A stretch of DNA of 64,000 nucleotides, taken from Clostridia bacterium (GTDB lineage: Bacteria > Bacillota > Clostridia > Christensenellales > CAG-917). The DNA lies in NCBI GenBank assembly GCA_036654095.1, contig JAVVSR010000001.1:239165-303164 (forward strand), given 5' to 3'. Each line of letters starts with the position of its first letter. The first letter of the stretch is position 1. Under the pieces are notes generated by a model, which was not told the origin of the DNA, ran no database searches, and was given only the letters and a program-made list of their open reading frames with translations. Below are positions 59,312 to 64,000 of this stretch, in pieces. The position numbers and the translations under genes were made by a program.

Positions 59312-59340
59312 ATAATAACATATTATTCGTTTACTTGCAA
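59312..59340 (-). promoter_or_regulatory. Candidate sigma-A promoter of the rimP-nusA-infB operon
   Basis: On the minus strand: TTGCAA (59335-59340), a 17-nt spacer ending in TGt (extended -10), then TATTAT (59312-59317). Confidence 0.4.
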
Positions 59341-59554
59341 GCAATTTAAGGGGTTTTTAATATAATTACTAGCAAATACGACAAATATTGTATATAAGTT
59401 ATTGCATATTTGCCAAGTTATCGTTAAAATTTTAAAAAGAAGTTGGGCAACTTAATACAAAAATACAAAAAGCGCTTTAAAAACATTGTTTTTATACATA
59501 AAACATTGTTTATGCTTGCAAGGTATTTTAAATGAAAAAAAATTGTACTATTAT

Positions 59555-61324
59555 TTAAAGCAATTCAGCTAGTTTTAAAAAACATTTTGCAGTAGCTAGC
59601 GCATCATCAATAGCTTGGTGCGCATTTTCAATCGATACATCAAAATATTTACAAACCGCTGCAAGATTATTTTTTGGTAACCTTAATTTAGTTTGCGCCA
59701 AAACTAAAGTATCCATAACATCATTGTCAAATTTATATCCATACGACTTTGCATATCGATATAAAATCGGCAAATCATATGAAATTATATTGTGTCCAAC
59801 TAGCACGGCGCCGCGTGAAAACTTAAAAAAATCTGGCAATATATTTTCAAATTCCGGCGCGGATAAAACCATATCGTCTGTAATTTTGTGAATGTTAGTG
59901 CTTTCTTCCGGAATATGGCACATTGGATTGACATAAGAAGAAAACGTTTCAACAATTCTTCCGTCGGATATTTTAACCGCGCCAATTTGTACTATCGAAA
60001 CGGTTTTAACATCTAAACCAGTCGTTTCAAAGTCAAAAACAACAAATGTTTTGCTTTTTAAAAATGTTGAACTCTCTTTTTCCCTGTCAATAAACTCCGA
60101 AATATCCGCTTGTTCTATTTCACGGTATTTTTCAGGAACAACTTTTTGATAGCTCGAATTTTCCGTTCTAATAGGCGCCGCTGTATTTATTGTTGAAAAA
60201 TCAATTTCCGCTAACCATATTTTATCGACGTACATCTGTAAAATATCAAAATTACTGTCACTTTTTTTAAGCTTTCCCGAGCAAATTACCTCGGCGTCAT
60301 CTTTTAAAAACTTATTAAGTTTCTCATTATTTAAAACTTTTGGAAAACATATTATCGGAAGCGTGCCTGTTGTATCGTTTAAATTAAAGCAATATCGTAC
60401 CAACTTTTCGTCGGTAGTATTGATTTTATATTTCGTTTTTTTACCATCGACTTGACCAAAGTTTTTATTTAAATATTCAAACTTATTTACCCTCGAAACT
60501 TTGCCACAAATAACCGCATTATCCTGTGGTTCTTTTGAATCGGAAATGTACGTCGGACGACTAAATGGATAACCGCTTCCATATATAGGTTCGCCAACAT
60601 TAACATCTACTTGATGTGACCCTAAAAATAAAGTTATATTATTTGGTTTCATTTCCGTGTCATCAACATCATTCAAATTATCCGTTGAATTAAGTTCAAC
60701 TTGATTAATTCCATTATTATCAAAAGTTACATTTATAACTCTATTTCCAATCATTTTTTCAATATTTTTCTTGATATTTTGATTAATTTGCTTTTTTTCT
60801 GTTGCGCTAGGAACGCGCGTCACATATTCAATATCAATATTCTCAACAAAATTCTCAAGTAAAACATTTTCAAGTTTGCTTTTAAGACTTGGGTCGCTTA
60901 ATATCGAAATCACATTTGCAAATGAAGTTATTGTAACCTTTATGTAATAATCATCTACTATAATATCAATATCGTCAACGGTTAAATATGTCGATAAAAA
61001 AGATTCGTTTTTTGACAAACAATCAATAACTTTGGAACGCACCAATTCAACATCTGCGTACGCCTTGCTAAAACTTGCGGTTATTTTAATGTCATTTGGC
61101 AACAATTTTGAACAAAAATTTAAAACATCTTTAATATCATTATCATTAAATACCGCCTTATTGACCTTGTCATTTGCTAATTTTTTGTCAGAAAGCATAT
61201 CGTATCTAATTAAAAAATAAATACATAGTAGTTTTTTTTCCAAGCTATATTCGGCTTTTAAAAATCGCAAATAAGGATACTTATTGTTTGTTATTTTTTT
61301 AAATTCCTCATCAAACTTTTTCAT
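59555..61324 (-). CDS. PolC-like N-terminal/OB-fold/DEDDh 3'-5' exonuclease protein lacking PHP and polymerase domains
   Basis: The C-terminal ~165 aa carry intact Exo I (VVFDFETTGLD), Exo II (VGHNIISYDLPIL) and Exo III (HQAIDDALATAK) motifs. The central segment ICGKVSRV...FNLNDTTGTLPIICF...LKDDAEVICSGKL...MYVDKI follows the PolC OB-domain pattern. The ORF stops cleanly after the exonuclease domain. The start was set at MKKFDEEF, which has a gagg SD. Confidence 0.6.
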   Translation of the reverse strand: MKKFDEEFKKITNNKYPYLRFLKAEYSLEKKLLCIYFLIRYDMLSDKKLANDKVNKAVFNDNDIKDVLNFCSKLLPNDIKITASFSKAYADVELVRSKVIDCLSKNESFLSTYLTVDDIDIIVDDYYIKVTITSFANVISILSDPSLKSKLENVLLENFVENIDIEYVTRVPSATEKKQINQNIKKNIEKMIGNRVINVTFDNNGINQVELNSTDNLNDVDDTEMKPNNITLFLGSHQVDVNVGEPIYGSGYPFSRPTYISDSKEPQDNAVICGKVSRVNKFEYLNKNFGQVDGKKTKYKINTTDEKLVRYCFNLNDTTGTLPIICFPKVLNNEKLNKFLKDDAEVICSGKLKKSDSNFDILQMYVDKIWLAEIDFSTINTAAPIRTENSSYQKVVPEKYREIEQADISEFIDREKESSTFLKSKTFVVFDFETTGLDVKTVSIVQIGAVKISDGRIVETFSSYVNPMCHIPEESTNIHKITDDMVLSAPEFENILPDFFKFSRGAVLVGHNIISYDLPILYRYAKSYGYKFDNDVMDTLVLAQTKLRLPKNNLAAVCKYFDVSIENAHQAIDDALATAKCFLKLAELL

Positions 61325-62354
61325 TAGTAGCCTCATTTATCATCGCTTCAAATTCCGCCATTATTTTGTCATTTTCAATTACTTTAATTTTTTTACCATT
61401 TTTAAACAAAATCGAATGACCAACGCCACCCGCTACACCAAAATCGGCATCGCCAGCTTCGCCAATTCCATTAACAACACAGCCCATAACAGCGATTTTA
61501 AGCGGCAAATCTAAACTAGCTGTCAATTTTTCAACTTTATTTGCAAGTTCCGCCACGGGGATATTTGTCCTAGCGCACGTGGGACACGCTATAACCTCAA
61601 CACCTTTTTTCAAACCTAAACTAGTAAGCAAAATTTTGCCTGCAATAACCTCTTTAGTAGGCTCGTCCGCAAGCGAAACTCTTATCGTGTTGCCAATACC
61701 GTTTAAAAGCAGCGCGCCAATTCCAACGGAATTTTTAATAATACCACGTTCAAAAGTACCAGCCTCCGTAACTCCGATATGCAATGGATAATCGGAAACT
61801 TCGCTAAACAGTTTATTGGCATTTACCATATTTTTAATGTTTGACGACTTTATGGACACGATAGTATTATAAAAATTAGCTTTTTCAAGAATAGTTATAT
61901 GTTTAAGCGCGCTTTTCACCAAAGCGTCCACGCGAGGTAAATGATTAAATTCACTTTCTAGAGAGCCTTCATTAACACCGATACGTATCGGGATTTCCCT
62001 TTCGCGAAGAAAGTCTGCAACATATTTAACTTTTTGTTCGCCACCGATATTACCCGGATTTATCCTAATTTTACTTGCGCCGTTTTCAGCCGAAAGTATT
62101 GCAAGCTTATAGTCAAAATGGATATCTGCAACAAGCGGAATATGTATGCCTTTCACAATTTCATTTAAAGCAAGCCCTGCGCGCTCGTTATTAACCGAAA
62201 CGCGTACAATGTCACAACCAACGGACTCAAGTTCCAAAATTTGTTTTATGGTTGCAGAAACATCCTCGGTCAACGTATTGCACATCGACTGAACAGTAAT
62301 TGGCGAATTTCCGCCAATAGCTATATTTTTAACTTTAATTTCTCTTGTTTTCAT
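61311..62354 (-). CDS. ispG: 4-hydroxy-3-methylbut-2-en-1-yl diphosphate synthase
   Basis: SPITVQSM, RVSVN, RINPGNIG, and Fe-S cysteines CPTCAR and MGCVVNG. Confidence 0.93.
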   Translation of the reverse strand: MKTREIKVKNIAIGGNSPITVQSMCNTLTEDVSATIKQILELESVGCDIVRVSVNNERAGLALNEIVKGIHIPLVADIHFDYKLAILSAENGASKIRINPGNIGGEQKVKYVADFLREREIPIRIGVNEGSLESEFNHLPRVDALVKSALKHITILEKANFYNTIVSIKSSNIKNMVNANKLFSEVSDYPLHIGVTEAGTFERGIIKNSVGIGALLLNGIGNTIRVSLADEPTKEVIAGKILLTSLGLKKGVEVIACPTCARTNIPVAELANKVEKLTASLDLPLKIAVMGCVVNGIGEAGDADFGVAGGVGHSILFKNGKKIKVIENDKIMAEFEAMINEATNEKV

Positions 62355-62404
62355 ATTGAATACTTGTATTATGCCCTAAATTATATTTTAACTAATAGTG
62401 AAAA

Positions 62405-63985
62405 TTAACTCAACAGATGAAATATATCAACAAATATTGTAAAAGTAAACAATAATACAAGCCCAACCGTATGGATAATTGCCTCAACTTTTCGGTTTAT
62501 TGGTTTCTTTCTAATCCATTCAATAATTGTAAACACGATTTTTGAGCCGTCAAGCGCGGGTAACGGAAGCAAGTTCATAACCGCTAAGTTTGCAGATAGA
62601 ATACAAGTTATATATATCAAGTACGGAAAACCGCCAGTTTGGACGCCTTGACTTACTGTTGATATAACAGTTATAGGACCGCCTGCTGTTTCAAGCCCGA
62701 TTTTACCTGTAATTAACGCGCCAAGTAGAGCGAGGATTTTAAATACAATAAAGAAACTGTACGTAAAACTTCTTCCAAGTGACCTAAAGAAACCTAATTT
62801 TGCGGTATCAAGTTGCCGAGTAAAACCATAATTGTATGTTTCAAGGCCGTTTGGATTTTCAGCGTCGGGACTAACCGATGTATATCGATACTCAGAACTT
62901 ATATATTTTGAGCCAAAATCATGCAAATAATTGCCCTTAAAATCTATAACTGAATTGGGCTTAACAACTATTGGAACAGTAAAGTCTTCGCCGTCGATGG
63001 TTTGCCCAAACAATAATACGTCGTTTTGTTTTAAAGTACTTATCGCGCCATATTCGGCATCTGTCAAAGCAGGAAGAAAAGTATTGTTTATGTGCTTCAG
63101 TCGGTCGCCTTGCTTAATTATTGTAACAAAACATTTAATTTCACTTGTAGAACCATCTGAATTAACCCGTTCATACAAAAGTTCAGTACCGCTTGTCATA
63201 TTTGCTTTTTTTTCAGCAAGTTTTGCATCGCTCATTTTTGAAACTTTTTTACCGTCAATTTCAACGAGTTTATCATTAGACGAAATATCAACCACTTCAT
63301 AGCGTTCATTATTGACTATTTGTAAAAATTGATAAAAACTAGAAGTTGCCGTCGGCGCAACATAGGAATATGCGCCCTTTTTGATAGTAAACTTCATAGT
63401 TTTGCCATTACGCAAAACTTTTATTTCGGCAGTATCTCCACATTTTTCAAACATTTTTGAAAAATCGTCAGACATAAGAATGTGCTTAATTTTCCCGTCA
63501 ACTGAAAGTATAATGTCGCCTTCTTGAACTGTCTGACTATTCGCGGCAACGCTATCGGGATAAATTTTTGAAACGACAGCTACGCTTTCTCCATATGCGC
63601 AAAAGAATATTGTAATAATAATCATTGCGGAAATAAAGTTAAAGAACGCGCCCATAAACAAAACGATAAGACGCTTCCAAGGAGCCTTATTGTTAAAAGC
63701 GGCTGGATTTGATTTATCCTTTTCCTCGTCCTCGCCCTCAAACGCGCAATAACCGCCCAATGGAATTGGACGTATGGAAAATTGTTCGCCACTTTTAAGC
63801 TTCTTTTTAAAGATAGGAGGCCCAAAACCAATAGCAAACTCGTTTATTTGAAATCCTAATTTTTTACCTGCAATATAATGCCCGAACTCGTGCACGACAA
63901 TCATAAACATTAGCGCGCCAAGAGCTACAAGGACATATAAAATACTTGTTAATACGCTCGTAAACGAGCATAGCAATGATAACAT
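62405..63985 (-). CDS. rseP: RIP metalloprotease RseP/RasP (M50) with an enlarged periplasmic/PDZ region
   Basis: HEFGHY in TM1 and NLLPLPALDGSK near the C-terminus. About 330 aa lie between the motifs, which is longer than in typical Firmicute RasP. Confidence 0.88.
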   Translation of the reverse strand: MLSLLCSFTSVLTSILYVLVALGALMFMIVVHEFGHYIAGKKLGFQINEFAIGFGPPIFKKKLKSGEQFSIRPIPLGGYCAFEGEDEEKDKSNPAAFNNKAPWKRLIVLFMGAFFNFISAMIIITIFFCAYGESVAVVSKIYPDSVAANSQTVQEGDIILSVDGKIKHILMSDDFSKMFEKCGDTAEIKVLRNGKTMKFTIKKGAYSYVAPTATSSFYQFLQIVNNERYEVVDISSNDKLVEIDGKKVSKMSDAKLAEKKANMTSGTELLYERVNSDGSTSEIKCFVTIIKQGDRLKHINNTFLPALTDAEYGAISTLKQNDVLLFGQTIDGEDFTVPIVVKPNSVIDFKGNYLHDFGSKYISSEYRYTSVSPDAENPNGLETYNYGFTRQLDTAKLGFFRSLGRSFTYSFFIVFKILALLGALITGKIGLETAGGPITVISTVSQGVQTGGFPYLIYITCILSANLAVMNLLPLPALDGSKIVFTIIEWIRKKPINRKVEAIIHTVGLVLLFTFTIFVDIFHLLS

Positions 63986-64000
63986 TTAATCTCCTAATAT

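Overview
This 64 kb window looks like core chromosome from a low-GC, endospore-forming Firmicute (Clostridia-like). It is densely packed, and about 60 of 66 genes are on the minus strand. Gene order follows two well-known Bacillus/Clostridium blocks. Block 1 is efp/pepP, spoIIIAA-AH, asp23, nusB, folD, xseA, xseB, ispA, dxs, nadK, argR, recN, spoIVB, spo0A-like. Block 2 is rseP, ispG, [polC slot], rimP, nusA, ylxR, ylxQ, infB, rbfA, nrnA, truB, ribF. The window also holds scpA/scpB, lysA, two DD-carboxypeptidases, ytfJ, cmk-plsC-ispH/S1, purB, proC, rnhA, one tRNA-Trp, and a five-gene biotin-dependent Na+-decarboxylase operon. No CRISPR array, prophage or transposon was seen. Four observations stand out. 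(1) An ORF-free, structured element of about 590 nt with its own consensus promoter lies between ispA and a small membrane protein upstream of dxs. This is the signature context of OLE RNA and OapA. (2) The gene in the canonical spo0A position after spoIVB encodes only the Spo0A C-terminal DNA-binding domain, has no receiver domain, and has a diverged recognition helix. (3) The polC slot between ispG and rimP holds a 589-aa protein with a PolC-like N-terminal region, an OB fold and an intact DEDDh exonuclease, but no PHP or polymerase modules. (4) infB carries nine perfect 12-aa repeats that are kept identical despite synonymous DNA differences. All functional calls come from reading motifs and synteny by eye. 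No database search was run.
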